A stretch of DNA of 64,000 nucleotides from a bacterium. GTDB lineage: Bacteria; UBA8248. Both the position numbers and the translations under genes were made by a program. The notes under the pieces are model-generated. The model had not been told where the DNA came from, did no database searches, and was given only the letters and a program-made list of their open reading frames with translations. Shown one piece after another: positions 11,150 to 21,423 of this stretch. Every line of letters starts with the position of its first letter. Positions within the stretch are counted from its first letter, which is position 1. The stretch spans positions 128,001 to 192,000 of the forward strand of contig OY843592.1 of NCBI GenBank assembly GCA_963692865.2, in the 5' to 3' direction.

Positions 11150-11810
11150 TGCAGGGGCAGGCCCCCGCGCCTGTCCGAGGCCCCTGCGCCTGCGCTTCGT
11201 TTCGCAGAAGCCGGCAGGCGGCGATTCCTCTCGCATGGGTCGGAATCGACCTCCCTCTTCGTTCGGAACCGACTCCTCGGGAGCGCCCTACACATATCAT
11301 GCGACCCGGCCTTTTTCGCCTCTCCGGCAACGGGCCGCATGATATGCGGGACAACCCCTCTTCGGGGTCGTCCTGCTACACCGCCGCTTGAACGAGAAGG
11401 GGGGGTTCGCGGCAATCCAACCCGCCTCATCCTGCGCACACCTACCCCACCGCCTCATCCTGAGCAGCGGCGAAGCCGCGTATCGAAGGACGGCGCTCTC
11501 GCCACGACGCGGGGGGTCGGCTCCCCCCGTCCCCCTCGACAGGCCCAGGACAGGCTTTCAATACGCCCCTCGCAAGCTCGGGGCTGCTCGGGACGAGGTT
11601 GGGGATTTGGCAGGGACAGGCCTCCGCGCCTGTCCGATGTCGTGGTGAATATGATCGACGGGCGGGCGCAGGGGCGCTTCGTGAAGCGCCCGTTTCTCCT
11701 CCGGGGAGGGCCGTTCGCGAACCGCCCCTACGGCCCTCTGATCCGAATGACGACGCGCCCTCCTCGCCCTTCGATACGCGGCTTCGCCGCTGCTCAGGAC
11801 GAGGCGAGGC
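11150..11810. repeat. Cluster of REP-like palindromes (GTAG/GCAG-type and TCATCCTGAG-type)
   Basis: GGACAGGCCTCCGCGCCTGTCC near 11613; TCATCCTGAGCAGCGGCGAAGCCGCGTATCGAAGG near 11455 with an inverted copy at about 11767-11800; same families recur at 17177-17309 and 35361-35463. Confidence 0.8.
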
Positions 11811-11920
11811 GGCGCCGCGCATTTCCCCGCATTTCGCGTCATGGGCGCGGCGGCGGCGCGTGGCAGGATCGCCCTCCGATACCGTGGGCCGTCCGTTTCA
11901 GAAAAACGGGCGAATTCCCG

Positions 11921-11970
11921 TAAAATAAGATAAATTCGGATAAAATTGGATAAATAAAGATAAATTTTTT
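11921..11970. repeat. Five 10-bp phased AT-rich repeats (TAAAWWNRGA)
   Basis: taaaataaga taaattcgga taaaattgga taaataaaga taaatttttt. Confidence 0.7.
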
Positions 11971-12350
11971 GAGGCCAAGTATCTGAAAATAAAGGCGTTC
12001 AGTCGTTTTCGCGCGAAACGGCGCCCAAGGGGAGGGATCGCGCCGAAAAGGCGTCCGCCCTTTTTTTGACGAAACCGTCCACCCGCCGGCGCGCCTCGTC
12101 AGAGCCGGGAAAATCGGGCCGAAAGCGCGCGCGCAGGCGCCCCGCCCGCGCGGCGAACCCGGCCCGCAAGGACTTTCCCGGCAACCCCCGAGGGGGCGTG
12201 ATTCTTCTCCCTCGTATGCCGGCCGGAACCCCCAAGGAGCGTTTCTTCTCCCTCGCGCGCCGGCCACGACTCGCAAGGGAGGAGCCGTTTCACAAGCGTA
12301 CGTCGATGGAGAAATTCATCCTCTGCCCATGGCGGATTTTTCAACACATC

Positions 12351-13091
12351 CTAATGCGAGAGTATCTGGTTGAGGAAGAGTTTCGTCCTCTCGGACTGGG
12401 GGTGGTAGAAGAACGTCTCGGGGTCGTTCCGCTCGACGATCTGGCCCTCGTCCATGAAGATGACGCAGTGGGCGACCTGGCGCGCGAAGCCCATCTCGTG
12501 GGTGACGACGAGCATCGTCATCCCGGTCTCGGCGAGTTCGACCATCACGTCGAGCACCTCCTTTATCATCTCTGGATCCAGCGCCGAGGTCGGCTCGTCG
12601 AACAGCATGATCTTGGGCCGCATGCACAGCGAGCGCGCAATCGCCACGCGCTGCTGTTGGCCGCCCGAGAGCTGGCCGGGGTATTTCATGGCCTGCTCGG
12701 GAATCTTGACGCGGGTCAGGTATTCCATCGCGAGCTCCTCGGCCTCGGCCTTCGGCGTCTTGCGCACCCAGATGGGCGCGAGCGTGCAGTTCTCCAGAAC
12801 CGTCAGGTGCGGGAAGAGGTTGAACTGCTGGAACACCATGCCGACTTCTCTGCGCACGTTGTCGATCTGCTTGAGGTCGCCCGTCAACTCGATGCCCTCC
12901 ACCACGATGGTGCCCTTCTGGTGTTCCTCCAGGCGGTTGATGCAGCGGATGAGCGTCGATTTGCCCGACCCCGAGGGCCCGCAGATGACGATGCGCTCCC
13001 CCCGGTTGACGGTCAGGTCGATGTCGCGCAGGACGTGGAACTGGCCGAACCACTTGTTCATGCCCTCGATTCGGATAATCGGCTCACTCAT
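12351..13091 (-). CDS. aapP: General L-amino acid ABC transporter ATP-binding protein
   Basis: [36 protein letters not shown]; last gene of aapJQMP. Confidence 0.92.
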   Translation of the reverse strand: MSEPIIRIEGMNKWFGQFHVLRDIDLTVNRGERIVICGPSGSGKSTLIRCINRLEEHQKGTIVVEGIELTGDLKQIDNVRREVGMVFQQFNLFPHLTVLENCTLAPIWVRKTPKAEAEELAMEYLTRVKIPEQAMKYPGQLSGGQQQRVAIARSLCMRPKIMLFDEPTSALDPEMIKEVLDVMVELAETGMTMLVVTHEMGFARQVAHCVIFMDEGQIVERNDPETFFYHPQSERTKLFLNQILSH

Positions 13092-13108
13092 GGGCGCATT
13101 CTCCTCCC

Positions 13109-14239
13109 TCAGGTTCTGTGGCCCGTGTCGAGCTTGCGCTCGAGCCACAGGCTGTAACGCGACATGCTGAAACAGAAGATGAAATAGATGACGCCGGCGA
13201 AGATGTAGGACTCATGCTCCAAGCCCAGCCATTTGGGGTCCGTCACGGCGGAGCGGGCCACGAGCAGGAGATCGAAAAGCCCGATGATCGATACCAGCGC
13301 CGTATCCTTGAAAAGGGCGATGAAGGTGTTGACGATGCCCGGGATCACGATTTTCAAGGCCTGCGGCAGGATGATCAGCTGCATCGACTTCCAGTAGTTC
13401 AAGCCCAGCGCCTGTGCGGCTTCCGTCTGGCCCTTCGGCAGGGCCTGCAGCCCGCCGCGCACGACCTCGGCCATATAGGCGGATGAGAACATGGTGAAGC
13501 CGATCAGGGCGCGCAGCAGTTCGTTGGCGTTCACCCCTTCGGGCGTGAAGAGCGGCAGCACGAAAGACGCCATGAAGAGCACGGTGATGAGCGGCACCGC
13601 GCGCCAAAGCTCGATGAAGGCGATGCAGATGGTGCGCACCACGGGCATCTCAGACCTCCGCCCGAGGGCCAGCAGAACCCCGATCGGCAGGGAGAACAGG
13701 ATGGCGACCGAGGCGAACACGAGCGTGAGCGTCAGGCCGCCCCATTTGTGCGTCGGCACCACTTCCAGGCCGAAAGCGCCGTTGAGCAGGACGTAGGCGA
13801 TGACGGGAAAGCCGAAGACGAGGAAAAGCGCGGCGAAGGTGCGGCCCGGCACCCTGTCGGAGAGCACCGGGAACAAGTTGACGCAGAACAGGATGAAGGT
13901 CAGGTTCACCCGCCAGCGCTCGGCCTCGGGGTAGAAGCCGTAGATGTACTGCCAGAATCGCTTCGGCACCAGAACCCAGCAGGCGCCTTCGATGCCCCGG
14001 CAGTCCTTGTTGGACTCCCCCTCCCAGAGCGAGTCGATGAAAGCCCACTCGAAAATCGGCGGCACGATCGTATAGAGGAGATAAAAGGTAAGCAGCGTGA
14101 GCGCCGTGTTGAGCGGCGAGGAGAACAGGTTCTGCCGCATCCAGCCCAGGACGCCTACGGTCGAGACCGGCGGCGGCGACTGCGGGATGTGCTCAGTGCG
14201 CACGAAGCCGCCGCCCGCGTTTTTGGAGATATCGCTCAT
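13109..14239 (-). CDS. aapM: Amino acid ABC transporter permease
   Basis: [38 protein letters not shown]. Confidence 0.9.
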   Translation of the reverse strand: MSDISKNAGGGFVRTEHIPQSPPPVSTVGVLGWMRQNLFSSPLNTALTLLTFYLLYTIVPPIFEWAFIDSLWEGESNKDCRGIEGACWVLVPKRFWQYIYGFYPEAERWRVNLTFILFCVNLFPVLSDRVPGRTFAALFLVFGFPVIAYVLLNGAFGLEVVPTHKWGGLTLTLVFASVAILFSLPIGVLLALGRRSEMPVVRTICIAFIELWRAVPLITVLFMASFVLPLFTPEGVNANELLRALIGFTMFSSAYMAEVVRGGLQALPKGQTEAAQALGLNYWKSMQLIILPQALKIVIPGIVNTFIALFKDTALVSIIGLFDLLLVARSAVTDPKWLGLEHESYIFAGVIYFIFCFSMSRYSLWLERKLDTGHRT

Positions 14240-14243
14240 GGCC

Positions 14244-15443
14244 TCATCTCTCCACCAGCGAAATGCGCCTGTTGTACCAGTTCATGTAGAGCGAGATCAG
14301 CAGGCTGAAGGTGAGATACACCACCACGCACATAAAGATAATCTCGATGGCCTGGCCGCTCTGGTTCAACGAAATGCCGCCGAAGACGTTGAACAGATCG
14401 GGATAGCCGATGGCGATGCCGAGCGAGGAGTTTTTCGTCAGGTTCAAGTACTGGCTCACCAGCGGCGGCACGATAACCCGGAGCGCCTGGGGAATGATGA
14501 CGAGCCTTAAGGTAGGCTCCGGCCGCACCCCCAGCGAATAGGAGGCTTCGCGCTGGCCGCGCGAGACGGCGAGAATGCCCGCGCGCACGATCTCGGCGAT
14601 GAATGAGGAGGTGTAGACCGTGAGCGCGGTCAACGCGGAGAACAACTCTATCTGTATCTCCAGGCCGCCTGTGAAGCGGAACCGGCCCAGTTCGGCATAT
14701 TCCCAGGTGAGCGGAAAACCGGTCACGACGGAGGCGAGCAACGGAACGCCGATGAGGACGCCGAGCGACGCCCAGAAGACGGGGAACTGCTCGCCGGTCG
14801 CGTCCTGGCGCCTGCGCGCCCATTTCTTGAGCCAGATGATCGCCGTGACCGCGAGGAAGAAAGATATCACGACCGCCGAGAAACCCGGCTGCGGGATGGG
14901 CTTCGGCACCGTGAGGCCTCGGTTGTGGATATAGATGGTATCGAAGATCGGTATCGCCCGGCGCACCAAGGGGAGCGATTGGAAGACGGCAAAGTGCCAG
15001 AACAGAAACTGCAACAGCAGCGGCACGTTGCGCACGGACTCGATATAGACGCCCACCAGACGCGAAACCAGCCAGTTGTTCGAGAGCCTGAGCACGCCGA
15101 GGATGAAGCCGAGAATCGTCGCCAGCACGATGCCCATGGCGGAGATGAGAAGCGTATTGAGGAGTCCGACGATGAATACCGCGCCGTGGGTCGAGCCCGC
15201 TTCGACGGAATAGGGGATGAGCGTGAGCGGAATCTCGAAACCCGCCGGGTTGTAGAGGAAATCGAACCCCGCCTTGATGTTGCGTTTTTCGAGATTGATG
15301 ATCGTATTGTGTATCAGGTAGATGCCAAGGCCGACGAGAGTCAGCACGAAGGCGACCTGGAACGCTATCGCCCGGACTTTGGGATCGTACCACCAGCTTG
15401 CGGCGCCTTGGCGTCCTCCGCTTGCTTGAGAGTCTACCGCCAT
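14244..15443 (-). CDS. aapQ: Amino acid ABC transporter permease
   Basis: GLLNTLL, RLSNNWL, RNVPLLLQ, AEIVRAGI, NLTKNSSL. Confidence 0.9.
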   Translation of the reverse strand: MAVDSQASGGRQGAASWWYDPKVRAIAFQVAFVLTLVGLGIYLIHNTIINLEKRNIKAGFDFLYNPAGFEIPLTLIPYSVEAGSTHGAVFIVGLLNTLLISAMGIVLATILGFILGVLRLSNNWLVSRLVGVYIESVRNVPLLLQFLFWHFAVFQSLPLVRRAIPIFDTIYIHNRGLTVPKPIPQPGFSAVVISFFLAVTAIIWLKKWARRRQDATGEQFPVFWASLGVLIGVPLLASVVTGFPLTWEYAELGRFRFTGGLEIQIELFSALTALTVYTSSFIAEIVRAGILAVSRGQREASYSLGVRPEPTLRLVIIPQALRVIVPPLVSQYLNLTKNSSLGIAIGYPDLFNVFGGISLNQSGQAIEIIFMCVVVYLTFSLLISLYMNWYNRRISLVER

Positions 15444-15556
15444 CTCGAACCCCCGGGGTGCGACATCGCCTGCGCGGTATCTTCGCTCCAACGCGCCGCC
15501 CGGCCCCGGGGAGACCCCCGGAACCGGAGCGGGTTCACGTTATCGGTCAGACCGGC

Positions 15557-16582
15557 TTAGCGGAACGGAGGCGAGTAGAGAATTCCGCCCTTCGTCCAGA
15601 GCTGGTTGTAGCCGCGCGCGAGGCCGATGGCCGTCTTGGGGCCGATGTGGCGCTCGTATATCTCGGAATAGTTGCCCACGCTCTTGATGACGTTGTAGGC
15701 CCAGTCCTTGGGCAGACCGAGCATGCTGCCGAAGTCCCCTTCCTGGCCGAGCAGTCGCTTGATCTCGGGGTTGTTCGATTTCTTCATGGCGTCGACGTTC
15801 TTCGAGGTGATGCCGAGTTCCTCGGCGACGATGAGCGCGTTGCGCACCCAACGGGCGATGTCGCCCCACACGTTGTCGCCGTGGCGCACGACGGGACCAA
15901 GAGGTTCCTTGGAGATGATTTCGGGCAGAATCACGTGCGCGTCGGGGTTCTTGAGCACAGAGCGCTGGGCCGCGAGGCCGGAGCGGTCCGTCGTGTAGGC
16001 GTCGCAGCGGTTGGCGGCGTAGTTCTGGCGCGCCTCGGCCGCGTCCTCGACGACGACCGATTTGAACTTCATCTTGTTGCTGCGGAAGAAGTCCGCCAGG
16101 TTGAGCTCGGTCGTCGTGCCCGTCTGAATGCAGACCGAAGCGCCGCCGAGTTCCTTGGCGCTCTTGACGCCGAGGGACTTGCGGGTGATGAAGCCCTGCC
16201 CGTCGTAATACAGCACGCCCACGAACTCGAAGCCCAAGTTCACGTCGCGCTTGAAGGTCCAGGTCGTGTTGCGCGAGAGAACGTCGATCTCACCCGATTG
16301 AAGCGCCGGAAAGCGCGTCTTGCCGGTCAGCGGCTTGTAGGTCACCTTGTCGGGATTGCCGAAAATGGCGGCGCTCATACCGCGGCAATAATCGACGTCG
16401 AAACCCCTCCAGACGCCCTTGTCGTCGGGTGCGGAGAAACCCGTGAGGCCGGTGTTGACGCCGCAAATGAGATTGCCGCGCTTTTTCACCGTCTCCAGCG
16501 TCGGGCTGGCGGCGTGGGCGGCGTTTGCCATTATCGCAACGGCGGCGAACATGCAAAATAAGGTGATCAGGCGCTTTTTCAT
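15557..16582 (-). CDS. aapJ: Amino acid ABC transporter substrate-binding protein
   Basis: Signal peptide; GFDVDYCR, LQSGEIDVLSRNTTWT, ISKEPLGP. Confidence 0.92.
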   Translation of the reverse strand: MKKRLITLFCMFAAVAIMANAAHAASPTLETVKKRGNLICGVNTGLTGFSAPDDKGVWRGFDVDYCRGMSAAIFGNPDKVTYKPLTGKTRFPALQSGEIDVLSRNTTWTFKRDVNLGFEFVGVLYYDGQGFITRKSLGVKSAKELGGASVCIQTGTTTELNLADFFRSNKMKFKSVVVEDAAEARQNYAANRCDAYTTDRSGLAAQRSVLKNPDAHVILPEIISKEPLGPVVRHGDNVWGDIARWVRNALIVAEELGITSKNVDAMKKSNNPEIKRLLGQEGDFGSMLGLPKDWAYNVIKSVGNYSEIYERHIGPKTAIGLARGYNQLWTKGGILYSPPFR

Positions 16583-16806
16583 CTCAATTCCCTCCCTTGT
16601 AGGCATTATAGAACCAAAGAAACATCCTCAGATATATTCTATTGCACTGCGCAAGTCAAAAATATCACGATGGGGACGTTCTCACAACTTTTTTTCCAAA
16701 TCCTAAGAACTGGAAATAGGGGATTTTTCAGCAACGGCAGGGAAAGATGAGCGAGAAGCACACCAGCGGAGTTTCCATGAATACGTCCGGCATCGTTGCC
16801 GGGCTC

Positions 16807-17089
16807 TCATGCGGATGGGCGAAGCCGAATACCCAGGGCGCGCATGACCTTGAGAACGGTGGCGAACCCGGGATTCCCCTCGGGCGAGAGCGCCTTGTAG
16901 AGGCCCTCCCTGCCGAGACCGGTCTCGGCGGCGACCTTCGTCATCCCCTTGACCCTCGCCACATCCCCCCAACGCCGCCGCGATGAGCGCCGGGTCGCCG
17001 TCCTCGAAAACCGCTTCGAGGTAGAGAGCGATGTCCTCTTTCGTCATGAGGTGCTCCGCCGCGTCCCACGGCCTGGTTTGGTTTGTCAT
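16807..17089 (-). pseudogene. Addiction-module antidote protein (HI1420-type HTH), frameshifted in a G run
   Basis: PWDAAEHL...YLEAVFEDGDPALIAAALG, then the shifted frame reads DVARVKGMTKVAAETGLGREGLYKALSPEGNPGFATVLKVMRALG; one extra G in the run at about 16965-16970. Confidence 0.85.
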
Positions 17090-17149
17090 GCTCACTTTCT
17101 CCCATCGTTTTCACGCACGAAGACGGGATGCTACCACAAACTCCTCCAG

Positions 17150-17310
17150 GGGGTTGTTGAAAAAGTCCTCTCCGCCTCATCCTGAGTAGCGGCGAAGCCG
17201 CGTATCGACGGATGCCCTCTCGCCCGGCGCGAGGCGCTCGACTCCCCTCGCCCTTCGACAAGCTCAGGACAGGCCCCTTCGATACGCCGCCTTCGGCGGC
17301 TACTCAGGGT
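17150..17310. repeat. REP-like inverted pair plus GGGGGTTGTTGAAAAAG MITE end
   Basis: TCATCCTGAGTAGCGGCGAAGCCGCGTATCGA...TTCGATACGCCGCCTTCGGCGGCTACTCAGGGTGA; CCCTTCGACAAGCTCAGG. Confidence 0.75.
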
Positions 17311-17364
17311 GAAGAAAGAGACACTGGCGGTTTGCGGGGGTCGCAGACGGGGCTTTTCCACCCC

Positions 17365-18438
17365 CTACTCCCGGATTTTCTCGATGACGCTGAGCGTCTG
17401 CGCGCCGGGGGTGGGGATCCACATGGATTTCTGGCCCTCGCCGCCGCCCACGATGAGGATGAGGGCGTCCGCGTGCGTGAGGACGGGCACGGAGGCTTCG
17501 GGGTCCGTCCTGTCGACCCAGACGGGAAAGGTCGGGCCTTTCGATTTTCCCCGGACGCCCACTTGCTTCCAGGGTTTTCTCGCCTTCTCGAAGAGATAGC
17601 GCTTCACGTCCGACTTGCTCCAGCCCGCTCGGGCGACGTAGGCGGCGTGCTCGGGGGCCATGACGAGGACGGGCTCTCCCTGGGAGGAGAGGTTGTTCCC
17701 GCCCAGCGTCGCCATCGAATCCGCGTAGCCGAACAGAAGCGCGTGAGGCTCGGTGTTGTAGTTGTCCGTGATGCAGTGCGGCGCCTCCCCGCAGGCGAGC
17801 GTCACCGTGCTCTCATCCGGCGCGAAGCCGCGCTCCACGTGATAAGGCTCCCAGGGGTTCGCGTCTTCGTTCTCCGCGATGCAATACGTGTATTTCCCCG
17901 GATGAGCGTGCTGGGCGCGGTCCACCTCGCCAGGGACGGCCCCTCCCAAATTGATGAGGCAAAGCCTGAGCGCACGGCCTATCGTCGCGTTCGCCCGCCA
18001 GCCGGGACCGAAAAGGCCCGAGCCGCAGTTGATCTTGAGCCGTTGCGCAATGGGGCCGTTCACGATGACGAGCGCGGTGGCGGGGTGCGTCGTCGTCTGG
18101 CGGTGGCTGAGTCCATAACGCGGCTTGGTGACAGCACTTAGGGCCGCGACGACGACGGGCAGGTATTCGGGCGCGCAGCCCGCCATCACGGCGTTCACCG
18201 CAACGGCGCGGGCCGTCGCCACTCCCATGAGGGGAGGCACCTCGGCGATTTCCTCATCCGGCTCCCCCGGCCAGCCGGTGAGCAGACCCTCCACGCGCTC
18301 GCGCGTGGGCGGAACGACCGGCAACCCGTCCGTCCAGCCACGCTCGTAGAAATAGGCGTTCACCTCATCGAGAGAGCCGTTAATCTGCAAAACCCGCCTG
18401 CCGGCCTTCGGCGATGGGTTTTCGACGTTTCCAGCCAA
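17365..18438 (-). CDS. UGSC-selenoprotein-associated conserved protein
   Basis: GWTDGLPVVPPT, NAVMAGC.PEY, RANATIGRALRL, AENE...PW motifs; follows the UGSC-type gene. Confidence 0.75.
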   Translation of the reverse strand: MAGNVENPSPKAGRRVLQINGSLDEVNAYFYERGWTDGLPVVPPTRERVEGLLTGWPGEPDEEIAEVPPLMGVATARAVAVNAVMAGCAPEYLPVVVAALSAVTKPRYGLSHRQTTTHPATALVIVNGPIAQRLKINCGSGLFGPGWRANATIGRALRLCLINLGGAVPGEVDRAQHAHPGKYTYCIAENEDANPWEPYHVERGFAPDESTVTLACGEAPHCITDNYNTEPHALLFGYADSMATLGGNNLSSQGEPVLVMAPEHAAYVARAGWSKSDVKRYLFEKARKPWKQVGVRGKSKGPTFPVWVDRTDPEASVPVLTHADALILIVGGGEGQKSMWIPTPGAQTLSVIEKIRE

Positions 18439-18450
18439 GTCCGCCTCTCC

Positions 18451-19077
18451 CTATTTGGGGCAAAGATTCCGGGGGCCTTTGAATTTCTTCTCCACGTATT
18501 CGGCCCGGAGTTTCTCCGCATCCCCCGTGAGCGCGTGGACGACCTCGGCCACGACGGCGTCCGCCTTGGGGTAAAGCGCTTCCCTCCCGGGAGCGGCCAA
18601 GGGATGGTCCATCTCCACGATGGGCAGGCCGCCGTATCCCTGCCTTCGCGCTATGGCGCGGGCGCTGTGGCTGAAACCCCGGCTCACGATGACGCAGGCG
18701 GGACGCCCCAGCCTTTCAAGACGAACCGCGTCGCGGACACTCCACGACGTGGAGGAACCTCAGTGCCCCACGCCGACGAGAATGGCGCCGCAGCGCGCGT
18801 TCAATTCTTCGAAAATTTCTGGGGCCGCAGGCTGGGCGAGGTGATGCTTACGGCGCTGGACGACTTCCTTGATGCCAACCGAGGCCCAAAGCCGGTCGCG
18901 CACCCTCTCCAGCACCCAGTCGGAGAACTCCTTGTTGTTCTCGAGAATCCCGAGAGTGGCACCCGCCAGCGTCTCGGGTCTTATATTCAGCGCCTCATCC
19001 GGTATCCTGGGGATGCCCGCGGGGGAGATGACGTCGGTGAATACCTCATCGTTCATCGGATTCTCACGATGCAGCAT
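18451..19077 (-). CDS. UGSC-family selenoprotein (in-frame UGA at 18760-18762; motif GH-U-GSS-T)
   Basis: ORFs 18760..19077 and 18451..18687 are in the same frame; read-through gives LVGVGHUGSSTSWSVRDAVRLERLGRPACVIVS; hairpin CTCCAC-GTC-GTGGAG just 3' of the UGA. Confidence 0.85.
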
Positions 19078-19078
19078 T

Positions 19079-19873
19079 CTATCTGCCCGTAAAGACGGGC
19101 TTTCTCTTCTCCATGAACGCGGTGCGGCCTTCCTTGTAATCGGCGCTGTTGAAACATTCCTCGGAGAGCCTCGCTATCATCTCGAAATCGCGCTCTGAGC
19201 CGTCTTTCACCACTTCGCCGATGGTGAGCTTCGACGCCTTGACCGAAAGCGGCGCGTTGTTCGCGATGGCGGAGGCCATGTCCACGACATAGTCCTCTAA
19301 CTCGTCCACTGGCGCCACCTCGTTCACCAGTCCGATTTCGAGCGCCTTCGCCGCCGGGATGCGCCGGGCCGTGAAGAGAATCTCCTTCGCCTTGGCGGGT
19401 CCCACGAGGTCGACGAGTTGTTTCAGGTTGTCGAAACCGTATGCGATGCCCAGACGCCCGGCGGGGATTCCGAACTGCGAATCATCCGCCGCGACCCGGA
19501 TGTCGGCGTTCAGCGCGATTCCCAGCCCGCCGCCCAGGCAATAGCCGCGGATCATGGCGATCAGGGGCTTTTTCATGTCCGCCATGATTTTCTTGGCTTC
19601 TTCCGAAATCCGCGTGTACTCGGCGGCCTGCTCGGCGTTGCTCCTGTTCTTGGCGAACTGCGAGATGTCCGCGCCCGATACGAACGCCTTATCGCCCGCG
19701 CCCTTCATCACCACGACGCGGATGGCGTCGTCGGCCTCGTAAGAGTTCAGTATCTCGGCGATGGCCCCCCACATCTCGAGCGAGAGCGCGTTCCTCCGCT
19801 CGGGGTTGTTGAAGATCATCCAGCCGATGCCGCCGTCCACCTCGAAAGCCATCTTTTCCGTCGATAACCGCAT
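19079..19873 (-). CDS. Enoyl-CoA hydratase/isomerase
   Basis: NNPERRNAL, AFVSGADI, KPLIAMIRGYCLGGG. Confidence 0.92.
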   Translation of the reverse strand: MRLSTEKMAFEVDGGIGWMIFNNPERRNALSLEMWGAIAEILNSYEADDAIRVVVMKGAGDKAFVSGADISQFAKNRSNAEQAAEYTRISEEAKKIMADMKKPLIAMIRGYCLGGGLGIALNADIRVAADDSQFGIPAGRLGIAYGFDNLKQLVDLVGPAKAKEILFTARRIPAAKALEIGLVNEVAPVDELEDYVVDMASAIANNAPLSVKASKLTIGEVVKDGSERDFEMIARLSEECFNSADYKEGRTAFMEKRKPVFTGR

Positions 19874-19916
19874 TCCTTGCTCCATATGCTGCGCCCCCGA
19901 GGGGGCAGGAATGTTC

Positions 19917-21104
19917 CTAGACGATGCCCTCATCGCGCAATTGGCGTATCACGTCCGCATCGTAGCCCAACTCCCCTAGAATCTCCTCCGTGTGCGCGCC
20001 CATCTCGGGTGCTGCGCCCCGCATCTTCTGCGGCGTTCGCGCGAGCTTGACCGCCTGGCCGACGATCCTGATCGGCCCCATCTCGGGATGATCCACCTCG
20101 GGCGCCATGTTCAGCCCCTTGACCTGGGGATCGGCGAACGTTTCATCCACCGCGTAGATGGGCCCGCAGGGGATTCCCGCCTCGTTCAATATCCCGATCC
20201 ACTCGGCGCCCGGTTTCGTGCGCGTCCGATTGGTGATGGTCTCCTGCAGCGCCACCTTGTTCTCAAAGCGCCTGGTGATGTCCGCATAGTCGGGATTATC
20301 GAGCAGTTCGGGCATTTCCAGCGCGCGCACGAGGCGCTCCCAGAGATGCTGGGGGCCGGACTGGATGATGATCCGCCCGTCCGCCGTCTCGAATACGCCC
20401 GCCGGCAGAAACGTGGGGTGGTTGTTCCCCTGCTGGGTGGGCACTTCCTCGAATCGCAGATAGCGGGCGGCCTGGAAGTCCATCATCTGAATCTGGGCTT
20501 CGAGGAGCGAGGTGTGCACCCATTGCCCCTCGCCCGATACTTCGCGCTCGAGCAGGGCGATCATAATCCCCTGCGCGAGCATGAAGCCCGCCGAGAGGTC
20601 GGCGAGCGGAATGCCCACCCGCATGGGACCGCCCCCCGGCTTGCCCGTGACGGACATAAGGCCGCTCAGCCCCTGGGCTATCATGTCCAGCCCCGGTCGT
20701 CCGCGGTAGGGTCCCTCCTGGCCGAAGCCGGAGATGCTCCCGTAAACGATACGCGGGTTCACCGCGCGGCACGCCTCATAGTCCACGCCCAGGCGGCGCT
20801 TCACGTCGGGCCTGTAGTTTTCGATGACGACGTCGGCGCCTTCCACCATGCGGAAGAATATCTCGCGGCCCTTCTCCTCGCGCAGGTTGAGCGTCATGCC
20901 TCGCTTGTTGCGGTGCAGGTTCTGCGCCTCATAGCCGCCCCGGGGCTGGGCCATGTTGTCCGAAAAGCCGCTTCCTGCGGGCGCTTCTATCTTGATGACG
21001 TCCGCCCCCCAGTCCGCGAACTGGCGAACCGCCGTGGGGCCGGCCCGCGCGCGGGTGAGATCCAAAACCTTGAAGCGGGACAGGGGTAGAGAATGATTCT
21101 GCAC
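19917..21104 (-). CDS. CoA-transferase family III (CaiB/BaiF)
   Basis: VLDLTRARAGP, GADVIKIE, HRNKR, ENYRP, SISGFGQEGP. Confidence 0.93.
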   Translation of the reverse strand: MQNHSLPLSRFKVLDLTRARAGPTAVRQFADWGADVIKIEAPAGSGFSDNMAQPRGGYEAQNLHRNKRGMTLNLREEKGREIFFRMVEGADVVIENYRPDVKRRLGVDYEACRAVNPRIVYGSISGFGQEGPYRGRPGLDMIAQGLSGLMSVTGKPGGGPMRVGIPLADLSAGFMLAQGIMIALLEREVSGEGQWVHTSLLEAQIQMMDFQAARYLRFEEVPTQQGNNHPTFLPAGVFETADGRIIIQSGPQHLWERLVRALEMPELLDNPDYADITRRFENKVALQETITNRTRTKPGAEWIGILNEAGIPCGPIYAVDETFADPQVKGLNMAPEVDHPEMGPIRIVGQAVKLARTPQKMRGAAPEMGAHTEEILGELGYDADVIRQLRDEGIV

Positions 21105-21271
21105 GAACGCGCTCCTGTAAAAATACGACGATTCATGAACAAGGGAGATGCATCCGGCCATAAGGTAGCAGAATCGAGCGGCTTTGCGCAGTGCGTGAGG
21201 GGGTGAATTTCACGATTTCAGGGCGCGAATACCTCTCGATCAGAGAGGAGCGTGTAGAGGATATGCTTTAC

Positions 21272-21348
<77 letters not shown>

Positions 21349-21423
21349 GTGAGGCCGCCAAGCGTAGCACAACCCAATCTTGCACTGGAACCGAATGAGG
21401 CGGAGCCGGCCGGACCGAGTGGA

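Noticed and set aside
10933-12347. Numerous ORFs in the repeat-rich interval
   Set aside because: They are Arg/Pro/Gly-rich translations of palindromic repeats with no recognisable protein motifs
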